NCBI GenBank assembly: GCA_022647725.1
Contig: JALCLG010000001.1
Location: 709-64,708 of the forward strand
DNA: 64,000 nucleotides
Source: Bacilli bacterium
GTDB taxonomy: Bacteria; Bacillota_I; Bacilli_A; RFN20; CAG-288
Reading direction: 5' to 3'
Shown here: positions 1-7,414 of the stretch, piece by piece
Position numbering within the stretch: the first letter of the stretch is position 1
How the letters are laid out: every line of letters begins with the position of its first letter
Notes under the pieces: model-generated
Told to the model about the DNA's origin: nothing
The model's input: the letters and a program-made list of their open reading frames with translations, nothing else
Databases searched by the model: none
Translations under genes and position numbers: made by a program

Positions 1-60
1 TCTGGGTCAGTCGCCCAGATGTCGTGAACGATACGAAGCAAAAGGAAGGTTATATAACCC

Positions 61-1051
61 ATGGAACATATCCAAATCAAAAAGCCTATCAAAGTCGCAA
101 TTATCTGCCTCGCCGCGGTCATCGCGGTAGGGGCGGTGGCCGGAGCCTCATACTGGGCCGGTCTCAAAAACGGAGCGCAGGCGCAGACCTGCCAGACCTG
201 CCCGACCACGGTCAGCGAGAAAGGGGGTCGCGGTCAAATGCGCCTACAAAGCCAATGCCGCCGATGCCTACGGCTCCTACGAGATCACCTACACGGTGAC
301 CCCGGCCATCTACACCGACCAAATCATGGCGAGGCTGGCCTATTCGGACGGCAGCGAAGTCCCTGACACGGTGGTGTCGCTCGACCAAGACGCCTCCGCC
401 CAGAAGGTTACCGTCCACTGTAAGGCGGCCTTCACCAAGCAGGTAGTCGCGACCATCTACGCGGCATCTGCCCCGACCGTCAAGGCCGAGATCACGTTTG
501 ACTTCACCGAGCGGGTCTCCGTCACCATCCCCGACTCGATCGCGATCTCCGACGGGAAAGTCCCGGCGATCACGCCGACCGTCACCACGACCGGCGGGAC
601 CAAGACCTTCGACAAATCCGTGAGCGGCGTCGCTTACAAATGGAACCCTGCTTTCGTCACTTGGGCCAAAAATTCGCTCAGCGCCCTCGGCGGAACGGCG
701 GGGGAGCGGACGAACGAAACGTATTACGGCCTCGCCGATGCTGACTGTGCCTCGTTCTTCTCCACGGCGTTCTCGATGGCTTCGTTCCTTTCGTCGGTTC
801 ACTACGACTACACGTGGAAAGTCCAGACCGGCATCGGGGCGCAAGGCCCTGTTTACTCGACGTTCAACCAGTCCTATAAGCTGTCGGGCATCGCTTCAGC
901 GAAGTTCTCGGCCGAATTCGACGGATCGAATCCGATCATCGACTGGTCTTGCTCCGTCGCCGGCAAGACGTACTCGAAGTCGTTCGGACTGACGCTTGGC
1001 GCCATCGCCGTCACCGGCATCGCCGCCGACACGACCGGCTACACGTTCTGA
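61..1051 (+). pseudogene. Membrane-anchored hypothetical protein whose frame is broken at a G5 run (223-227)
   Basis: AAGGAAGG RBS sits 10 nt before the ATG at 61. The N-terminal TM anchor (KVAIICLAAVIAVGAVAG) is in frame 1. The sequence continues sensibly in frame 2 (..GVAVKCAYKANAADAYGSYEITYTV..) into ORF 296-1051. Total length is 3n+1. Confidence 0.45.
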
Positions 1052-1065
1052 AAGGAGACTCATAA

Positions 1066-1599
1066 ATGAGCACTAGAAGCTACATCTGCAAGGAAAACGA
1101 GGACGGCACCATCACCGGCAGCTACTGCCATTGCGACGGCTACCTCACCTACAACGGGGCGATGCTGATCGACCATTACAACACCAAAGAGCGCGTGGAC
1201 AAACTCCTCTCGCTGGGCAACATGAGCTGCCTCAACCCCATCATCGAACCGGACCCGTCGAAACCCCACACCTTCGACGACCGCCAGCCCGACGTCACGG
1301 TCTTCTATGGCCGAGACAGAGGGGAAAAGGGCCAGGAGGCTCAAACCGTCAAGCTCGAGGACCTCGACGACCCTTCGTCCTGGATCGAATACTGCTACGT
1401 GTTCGGCAAAGACGGCAAGTGGCGTTACTTCGAATGCGGGCACCTCAAGGACGGCCTCAAAGACCTCCAGCAGGGGCTCGACGAGGAATACACCAAACTC
1501 GGGTTCCCGAGACCCGACGGCTACTACGGCTTCTTCACACAGGGCGACATCGCCAAGCGACGCTACGACTATGAGAAGAGCCACCAAGCCGAGATGTAA
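1066..1599 (+). CDS. Hypothetical protein (177 aa, Cys/His-containing), mobile-element cargo
   Basis: AAAGGAG RBS sits 8 nt upstream and the ORF has a clean frame. The overlapping ORFs 1060-1608(-) and 1131-1574(+) look like high-GC artefacts. Confidence 0.7.
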   Translation: MSTRSYICKENEDGTITGSYCHCDGYLTYNGAMLIDHYNTKERVDKLLSLGNMSCLNPIIEPDPSKPHTFDDRQPDVTVFYGRDRGEKGQEAQTVKLEDLDDPSSWIEYCYVFGKDGKWRYFECGHLKDGLKDLQQGLDEEYTKLGFPRPDGYYGFFTQGDIAKRRYDYEKSHQAEM

Positions 1600-1681
1600 G
1601 GCCCTCATCTCCTACCTGATAGTCCAAATCCTCGCTTTCTCCGCTACGTTCTTCATCCGAAACGCCATCGACGTTTCCACG

Positions 1682-2023
1682 ATGGGGCATAGCGGGGGCC
1701 TCTACGAGGGCTCGGCGCTCCGGGACGGGAAGGAATGCGAGATTGTGTTCCTTCCCGATGCCGCCCGGGTGATGGACTGCCAGAGATTCGACAGGGAAGA
1801 GCGATTCGAGATTGCCGCCTACGTCGATGAATCTTGGAGAAGGATGGGACTGCCCCATCTACGCTCCGTCCAAAGCCTGGAGGCCGAGCTGGCCTTCCAC
1901 GTCTTCTCATACCGCCTCGGGATCGAGAAAGAACGCGCAGTCAACGCCGATCTGAACCGAGACAAAGACGAAAGATGGTACGTGGTCGCATCATACAACG
2001 CCATTGAGGCGCTCGGCTTATAG
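1682..2023 (+). CDS. Hypothetical protein, start uncertain
   Basis: This is the first ATG after the stop of the upstream gene within ORF 1307-2023. No clear RBS is present. Confidence 0.35.
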   Translation: MGHSGGLYEGSALRDGKECEIVFLPDAARVMDCQRFDREERFEIAAYVDESWRRMGLPHLRSVQSLEAELAFHVFSYRLGIEKERAVNADLNRDKDERWYVVASYNAIEALGL

Positions 2024-2041
2024 CCAAAGGAGGACATCATT

Positions 2042-2410
2042 ATGGAAAACAAAGATAAAAAGAGAGTCACAATCGCTGAATTAGGCGATGTCGTCTCCGT
2101 TCAGGAGCTGGCCTCTCTTCTCGGGGTTTCGACCCGACTGATTTACGGAATGGCCAGCAAAGGGGAAATCAAGAGCTTCAAATTCAATAGTCTGAGGCTT
2201 TTCCTCAAGAAAGATGTCCTCGAACTTATCGGATACGAAGAAGCAAAGCCCGCCGTTGTTGAAGTGGCCGCTTCGGCACAGTTGCCGGACAATCCCATCC
2301 CGGCAAGCGAATTTGAACCTCAGAAGAAACTGGACAGCACCACGGTCATTGTTGCCATTCCGCCCCATAAGGCTGGAGGCTACAAGGGCGGTCTTGAACT
2401 GGGGGCCTAA
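2042..2410 (+). CDS. xis: Excisionase-type helix-turn-helix DNA-binding protein (probable recombination directionality factor)
   Basis: AAAGGAGG RBS. The N-terminal motif VSVQELASLLGVSTRLIYGMASKGEIKSFKF is typical of MerR-like excisionase HTH domains. The gene lies immediately upstream of int. Confidence 0.7.
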   Translation: MENKDKKRVTIAELGDVVSVQELASLLGVSTRLIYGMASKGEIKSFKFNSLRLFLKKDVLELIGYEEAKPAVVEVAASAQLPDNPIPASEFEPQKKLDSTTVIVAIPPHKAGGYKGGLELGA

Positions 2411-2412
2411 TC

Positions 2413-3762
2413 ATGAAAGGAAACCTCAGAGAGAAACACGGCGAATACTATGCCGTTTTCTCCTACAAAGACATCGATCACATCCGCAGGGAGAAGTGGA
2501 TTCCGCTTAAACTCAAAGTCCGGGAACACGACAAGCGGAAAGCGGAAGAGCTTCTTGCGGAAATGGAAAAGCCAGGCGGATTCGATCCTAACGATTTAGC
2601 CTCGACGAACCATCTTCTGTCATCGCTTGGCCTCTACACTTTCAGCGATTCGTGGAGAATCGACCGCCAAGGAGTCTCGCAAAGAAAGCCAGTTGGCAGA
2701 CCGATTACCTCGCTTCCGACCCCAAATATGCCTGAAAAGGAAATCGGCGATTTGATGTCCGCTCTCAAGCATGGCAGAAAAGTTCTATTCGGCACCTTTC
2801 TCAAGATGTGGTTCAACATCCACAAAGACTCGATCGAACTAAATAGCCAGGCATCCCTTAGAAGCAACGTCTTTCATATCATCGCCCCATGGTTTGACGC
2901 CCAGCATATTACACTTAGCGGAATCCAGCCCGAGGATTTGGAGGCTTTCTACCGTGAGAGAATGGCCGCCGGAACGAGTAGCAACACGTGCAGGCATTAC
3001 CACGGCACGATCCGATGCGCTTTGCAGTATGCCTTCAAGCGGGGATTCGTCGTCAACAACGTCGCCGATAGAGTCGAAAAGCCGAAGAAGGGGCTCTTCA
3101 AGGCCAGCGTTTACAACGAAGATGAGCTTCAGCGGCTCTTCGAAGCGGCGAAGGGAACGAATATGGAATTTGCCGTATTGATGGGTGCTTACTATGGCTT
3201 GAGACGTGAAGAGGTGTGCGGCCTAAAATGGGACGCCATCGACTTCCAGTACAAGACCATCACGATTAAGCACACGGTCGGGGAGTGCGTTGTGAACGGC
3301 AAGCAGATGCTCGTCCTTCGGGACACGACCAAAACAAAGAGCTCCTTCCGAACCCTCCCGCTTAGCGATTTCATTTCTGACAAGCTCCTCGAGATGAAAG
3401 TGAAGCAGGACAAGATGAAGGAGCTGTTCGGCAGCCGATACAACCATCAGTTCGATGACTATATCTATGTCTTCGAGAACGGGGACCTGGTGAGGCCGAA
3501 CTGGGTGACGGCAAACTTCCGGAAGCTGCTTGAGGACAACGGGATGGCGAAGATCCGCTTCCACGACCTCCGCCATTCCTGCGCGACCCTGCTCAGGCAC
3601 GAGGGTGTGCCGATGGAGGACATCCAGAAGTGGCTAGGCCATTCCGAAATCACCACGACCGAAGGGATCTACGCCCACTTCGACGATACCCAGAACGTCA
3701 AGACACTCGCGAAGATTTCCGGGGCACTGGACGGGAAGCCAAGCCAAGGCGAGATGAAATGA
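2413..3762 (+). CDS. int: Tyrosine site-specific integrase with an N-terminal arm-binding-type domain
   Basis: Catalytic signature is present: GLRREE (Arg), HDLRHS (His-x-x-Arg), WLGHS (His) and GIYAHF (Tyr). The N-terminus REKHGEYYAVFSYKD resembles arm-type DNA-binding domains. Confidence 0.9.
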   Translation: MKGNLREKHGEYYAVFSYKDIDHIRREKWIPLKLKVREHDKRKAEELLAEMEKPGGFDPNDLASTNHLLSSLGLYTFSDSWRIDRQGVSQRKPVGRPITSLPTPNMPEKEIGDLMSALKHGRKVLFGTFLKMWFNIHKDSIELNSQASLRSNVFHIIAPWFDAQHITLSGIQPEDLEAFYRERMAAGTSSNTCRHYHGTIRCALQYAFKRGFVVNNVADRVEKPKKGLFKASVYNEDELQRLFEAAKGTNMEFAVLMGAYYGLRREEVCGLKWDAIDFQYKTITIKHTVGECVVNGKQMLVLRDTTKTKSSFRTLPLSDFISDKLLEMKVKQDKMKELFGSRYNHQFDDYIYVFENGDLVRPNWVTANFRKLLEDNGMAKIRFHDLRHSCATLLRHEGVPMEDIQKWLGHSEITTTEGIYAHFDDTQNVKTLAKISGALDGKPSQGEMK

Positions 3763-3767
3763 ACGAA

Positions 3768-3796
3768 GGCCGCTCGGATGACGGGCGGTCTTTTTA
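3768..3796 (+). terminator. Intrinsic terminator after int
   Basis: GGCCGC / GCGGTC stem (one G-U pair) followed by TTTTT. Confidence 0.5.
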
Positions 3797-3818
3797 TACG
3801 CGGATACGATGCTGAATT

Positions 3819-3827
3819 TGGTATACT
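3819..3827 (+). promoter_or_regulatory. Extended -10 promoter element TGgTATACT
   Basis: The same TTTGGTATACT string recurs upstream of genes at 19153-19163 and 27324-27334. Confidence 0.3.
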
Positions 3828-4111
3828 ATTCAGGAAAAGGAGGCCGGGGGATAAAATCGAAAATCAACCGTTTTCTTCCACTTGCCTTCATGTTTGCTCT
3901 AACGATTTCCGGATGCGCGAAAGGGAGTGATGTCCCTTTCTTTCAAATGATTGGGCGATGCGATTAAACGGCGGTCTTTCTCAATAATTTCGTTTTCGAA
4001 CGGTTTGTTGTTAAAAAAGGAAAATATTGAGGATTAACTGCCTTTTTTTGATAAACTATTAAATGCTAGTCTTTCCCTAGTAGGCAGCCGTTTCAATTAT
4101 CAGAGGCAAAA

Positions 4112-5878
4112 ATGAGCACATATTATCCAATGACGGTCAAAGAAGCGATGGAAAAGATCGCTTCCAACAAGTTTGTCCTTCCGGCAATCCAGAGGCAGTT
4201 TGTTTGGCGCCCGGAGCAAATCGAGATGCTTTTCGACAGCATTATTCGCAATTACCCCATAAACTCTTTCATGCTGTGGCAGATAACCGACCCGAATATC
4301 CAGCAAAACTACAAGTTCTATTCTTTTATTTGCGACTACATCGACAAATTCGCGGAGGATAACCCCGAAGCCCCAGTAAAGATGCTTCCGCTTCCATTCG
4401 ACGCCGTCATCGACGGCCAGCAAAGACTAACCAGCCTATACATCGGCCTCAACGGAACCTATCGGTACAAAAAGCCGAACAAATGGTGGCCGAAGACAGC
4501 GACCGAGGAAGCGATGCCAACGAGGAAGCTCTACCTTGATCTCGCAAAGCCCGTGGATTCATCCATCGACAATGAAAAGCGGTACGATTTGCGTTTCCTT
4601 TCCAACGAAGATTTGAAGAACGACGCGGACGGCGCCCATTATTGGTTCAGGGTAGGGGAGATCACCGACCCGAGGACTTTCCGGGAGGAGAACGACGTCT
4701 TTAAATATCTTTTTGCCCACGGGCTCGGAGGCAACGAGTTTGCCCAAGAGACCCTGATCCGGCTCTTCACGAAAATCAACAAGGATGAGCTCATCAACTT
4801 CTATCAGGAAAAAGAGCAAGACCAAGACAAGGTCCTCGACGTTTTTCTAAGAACCAACAGCGGCGGAACCCCGCTTTCCTTCTCAGACCTTCTCATGTCC
4901 ATAGCTTCCGCGAACTGGACGAAATTCGACGCCCGCGAGGAGATGAAGAAGGTGAAGGACGAAGTCTACACCTTCGGGAACCCCGGCTTCGACATCTCGC
5001 AGGACCTCATCCTGAAAAGCCTCTTGGTGCTTTCCGACGTCGACGTTCGATTCAAAATCCAGAATTTTGGCCGCGACAACGTGAGCGTCTTCGAGGAGAA
5101 GTGGCTGGATGTGCGCAACGCTCTCGTTTCGACCTTCCATCTTTTGGAAGACCTCGGCTTCAACGACTCGCTGTTGAGAGCAAAAAACGCGATAATCCCG
5201 ATCGCTTATTACATCTATAAGAACGGCCTGTCTGAGAGCATCGTCAAGGACAACTACCCGGCCGAGGATAAGGAGCGTATCGCCAAATGGCTCTCGCTCT
5301 CGCTCCTAAAGGGCATCTTCGGCGGCACATCGGACAGCATTTTGAGAAGCATCCGAGAGATTTTGAAGACGAAGTCCAAGCCAATGTATTTCCCGCTCGA
5401 TGAAATAATCGCCGGATTCAAGGGGAATACCGACAAGAACTATTCGTTTGACGACGACATTATCAACGGCTTCCTTACCGAGCAGTACCAATCCATCAAC
5501 GGAAGCCTTGTACTGTATCTTCTTTACCCCGAGGTCGTCCTGCGCCACGGGAAGAACATAGCCCAGGACCACATGCATCCGAAGACGCTTTTCCAAGACG
5601 CGGACAAATTCGCCCAAATCGGCTTCCCTCCTGACCAGCAGGATTTCTGCCGGAACCCGGAGAACTGGAACAGCGTTCTGAACCTTCAGCTCCTTTCCGA
5701 AATCGAGAACAAGAGCAAAGGCACCGCCCTCCTAAAGGATTGGGCCACGGAGCAGAAGAGGACCGCCGATGACCTGAACGTCCCCGAGGGCACCAGCCTC
5801 GAGACTATCGATTTCCAGAAGTTCATCTTGGAGAGAAAGAAGATCCTGTTCCAGAAACTGAAAAACGCACTGTCCTGA
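4112..5878 (+). CDS. DUF262/DUF1524 two-domain protein (GmrSD-like type IV restriction / BrxU-like family)
   Basis: The N-terminal part has IQRQFVW and VIDGQQRLTSLYIGL (DGQQR motif of ParB-like DUF262). The C-terminal part has AQDHMHPK...WNSVLNLQLLSEIENKSKG (His-Me/HNH-like DUF1524). Confidence 0.85.
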   Translation: MSTYYPMTVKEAMEKIASNKFVLPAIQRQFVWRPEQIEMLFDSIIRNYPINSFMLWQITDPNIQQNYKFYSFICDYIDKFAEDNPEAPVKMLPLPFDAVIDGQQRLTSLYIGLNGTYRYKKPNKWWPKTATEEAMPTRKLYLDLAKPVDSSIDNEKRYDLRFLSNEDLKNDADGAHYWFRVGEITDPRTFREENDVFKYLFAHGLGGNEFAQETLIRLFTKINKDELINFYQEKEQDQDKVLDVFLRTNSGGTPLSFSDLLMSIASANWTKFDAREEMKKVKDEVYTFGNPGFDISQDLILKSLLVLSDVDVRFKIQNFGRDNVSVFEEKWLDVRNALVSTFHLLEDLGFNDSLLRAKNAIIPIAYYIYKNGLSESIVKDNYPAEDKERIAKWLSLSLLKGIFGGTSDSILRSIREILKTKSKPMYFPLDEIIAGFKGNTDKNYSFDDDIINGFLTEQYQSINGSLVLYLLYPEVVLRHGKNIAQDHMHPKTLFQDADKFAQIGFPPDQQDFCRNPENWNSVLNLQLLSEIENKSKGTALLKDWATEQKRTADDLNVPEGTSLETIDFQKFILERKKILFQKLKNALS

Positions 5879-5916
5879 TTTGGCTCTTCATAAGAGAATG
5901 CTTCAGCAAACAGTTT

Positions 5917-6293
5917 TCTAAGAAATCCAACGTGTTCGCGCAATTAGGCGACCGCTATCTCCAGCGCTTATGGGCGAAACCAAAACAAGCGCGGACGTGG
6001 CAAAGTGCGGACGAAGGAAGAAAGGCTAGACGGCATCGGAATTTCTTGCGATTTTTGTCTTGCTTTTGCTGTTAACGAGACCTATATTGGAGCCAAGGAA
6101 CAGGAGGCTGTTCCAAAGGTGGGATTCCGCCCATCAGGTAGGTTGTTCCGAAGCGTTCAAAAGGCTTCGGTCTCGGGAAACGGACTTGTCCGCATTCCGT
6201 CCGCATTCGGTCCGCAAAACACCGGAAAATGGGATTCCCACCTCGTTCGAGGCGTTCCCACAGGTTCAGGCGGACAAAGCGGAGAAACGAGCC
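5917..6293 (+). repeat. Conserved element arm, copy 1 (homologous to 10385-10809)
   Basis: By-eye alignment shows a block of about 93 nt (6051-6143) identical to copy 2, with diverged flanks and indels. It contains GCGGAC/GTCCGC motifs. Confidence 0.7.
6188..6220 (+). repeat. Three direct 11-bp iterons GTCCGCATTCN (starts 6188, 6199, 6210)
   Basis: Spacing is exactly 11 bp. Copy 2 has two full units. The inverse motif GCGGAC occurs at 5991, 6007 and 6270, with a shorter CGGAC at 6181. Confidence 0.6.
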
Positions 6294-6346
6294 CTTAGGA
6301 TCCCATGCCGCAAGGCATACAGGTTCAACTCCTGCCGACCGCACCA
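6294..6346 (+). other. tRNA-Leu(UAG)-like 3' half (att core plus 3' exon), copy 1; not a complete tRNA
   Basis: The parts read CTTAGGA (anticodon loop), TCCCA, variable hairpin TGCC-GCAA-GGCA, T arm ACAGG-TTCAACT-CCTGC, CGACCGC, A73 and CCA. No matching 5' half lies upstream. Confidence 0.7.
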
Positions 6347-6356
6347 GAAAACAGAA

Positions 6357-6386
6357 GACTCGGTGGAGACCGGGTCTTTTTCTTTT
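6357..6386 (+). terminator. Intrinsic terminator after tRNA-half copy 1
   Basis: GACTCGGT / ACCGGGTC stem followed by TTTTTCTTTT. It is homologous to the terminator after copy 3. Confidence 0.6.
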
Positions 6387-6510
6387 GACCTCTTTTCAAA
6401 GAATCTTCGGGAAAGCACGGCTATGAAGTTTAAGCCATTCAGGATTGACAATCTAGGAGTTTAGGAAAGGTACTCCCTGCGGAAAACTGCTTAAAGACAA
6501 CGAGATAACG

Positions 6511-6735
6511 AAGTTTTGCTTCCACGATTTTCACCTTTCTTGTGCGACCCTGCTCAGGCACGAGGGAGTGCCAATGGAGGACATCCAGAAGTGGCTTGGC
6601 CATTCCGAAATCACCACGACCGAAGGAATCTACGCCCACTTCGACGACACCCAGAACGTCAAGACGCTCGCGAAGATCTCCGGCGCTTTAGACGAAGGGA
6701 AAGGGCAACCTAATCGTAATCCGGAAATGAAATAG
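6511..6735 (+). pseudogene. Integrase C-terminal fragment (74 codons)
   Basis: It translates to FHDFHLSCATLLRHEGVPMEDIQKWLGHSEITTTEGIYAHFDDTQNVKTLAKISGALD.., nearly identical to the tail of 2413-3762. The upstream 375 codons or so are absent and the HxLRH Arg is lost. Confidence 0.85.
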
Positions 6736-6748
6736 TACACACGAAAGA

Positions 6749-6778
6749 GAGACCGCTCAGAAAGGCGGCCTCTTTCTT
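6749..6778. terminator. Hairpin terminator between the integrase fragment (+) and 6805-7413 (-)
   Basis: GAGACCGC / GCGGCCTC stem (7 of 8 bp) followed by TTTCTT. Confidence 0.45.
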
Positions 6779-6804
6779 ATGAATCGGGTAAAAATTCCAT
6801 TTTG

Positions 6805-7413
6805 TCATTCGATTGGCTCGTGCAGGATGTCGTTGATCGCGTGGAGGCTGCTTTCCGGGTCGTCCATAAAATGGACGATGTTAGTCCTTCTCTTGCCCCC
6901 GTCGTTCCACGTGATGATCAGCCTCGCGTAGAGCTTGAAGGACAAGGCTCCGATCTGGAGCGAGAAAAGACGGAAAAGTCCGACCTTTTGGATTTTCTCG
7001 AGCGGGATGATGATGCCTTTCGACGCGCTGTCGCGGATGCCAAGCGAGCGTTCCTCGAGGTTGAGGTAGATGTTGGCGGTTCCGGCCTCATCGTTGGCTT
7101 TCTTGGCCCCATAGATCCAGCGGAAGGTGAAATAGGCCGCGACGAGACCCAATAAGGAGAAAAAGACGCTGACGGCCCACCTCCAGGCATCGGAAGGCAA
7201 TTTGTCGCACCAGGCTTTGGCGTAGGCGGGGATGAGGGCGACGAGGAGGGCGACGAAAAGCGGCATGCCCACGTAATCGATGATCCCGAGGTATTTCCGG
7301 TGGCCGATGATGATTCCGCGGAAGGGGACGGCATTCCCCTTTTCGATGGGGATGTTCGTCGGCGAGATGCGGTCATAAGTCGACCAATCGACGTTTCTGT
7401 TTTCGTTCGCCAT
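6805..7413 (-). CDS. Two-TM membrane protein with a C-terminal soluble domain (bacterial PH-like domain suspected)
   Basis: The ATG lies 1 nt after the stop of the upstream hydrolase. Two hydrophobic helices (PLFVALLVALIPAY, AVSVFFSLLGLVAAYFTF) are followed by about 100 aa. The ORF-track N-terminus (to 7575) overlaps the hydrolase tail and is discounted. Confidence 0.55.
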   Translation of the reverse strand: MANENRNVDWSTYDRISPTNIPIEKGNAVPFRGIIIGHRKYLGIIDYVGMPLFVALLVALIPAYAKAWCDKLPSDAWRWAVSVFFSLLGLVAAYFTFRWIYGAKKANDEAGTANIYLNLEERSLGIRDSASKGIIIPLEKIQKVGLFRLFSLQIGALSFKLYARLIITWNDGGKRRTNIVHFMDDPESSLHAINDILHEPIE

Positions 7414-7414
7414 T

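Larger units (their letters stand above)
1..6346. mobile_element. Integrative element A (partial, left end outside window): high-GC cargo, xis, int, GmrSD-like cargo, conserved arm, att core
   Basis: An intact xis-int pair lies at 2042-3762. GC drops from about 60% (1-2000) to about 50%. The segment ends at the first copy of the tRNA-Leu 3' half (6294-6346). Confidence 0.55.

Noticed and set aside
6188-6220. A mini CRISPR-like or tandem-repeat array.
   Set aside because: There are only three contiguous 11-bp units with no spacers and no cas genes. They fit protein-binding iterons instead.
5991-6346. tmRNA (ssrA) gene, suggested by a structured region of about 350 nt ending in a T arm, acceptor strand and ACCA, followed by a terminator and adjacent to integrases (also 10460-10862).
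   Set aside because: The acceptor 3' strand ends ..CCGC-ACCA, so position 70 is C. The G3-U70 alanine identity pair cannot form. No GGGG..TTCGAC-type 5' end is present. No tag reading frame ending in an Ala-rich peptide plus stop could be found. The best 5' partner, GCGGACG, leaves an A-A mismatch.
5991-6346. Intact or intron-containing (group I) tRNA-Leu, with GCGGACGTGGC.. at 5991 as the 5' exon.
   Set aside because: There is no credible D arm (only a 3-nt loop). U8 is G in copy 2. No 5' anticodon-stem strand is complementary to TCCCA directly before CTTAGGA. No recognisable group I core elements were seen. The 3' half alone is better explained as an att duplication.
6005-6464. Long overlapping ORFs (6005-6298, 6060-6464, 6229-6426 and the minus-strand ones; also 10472-10903 and 12558-12866) as protein-coding genes.
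   Set aside because: All three + frames are open at once, as expected for GC-rich stop-poor sequence. Differences between copies 1 and 2 are not codon-phased and include non-3n indels. The ORFs run straight through the tRNA-like half and terminators, and none has an RBS.
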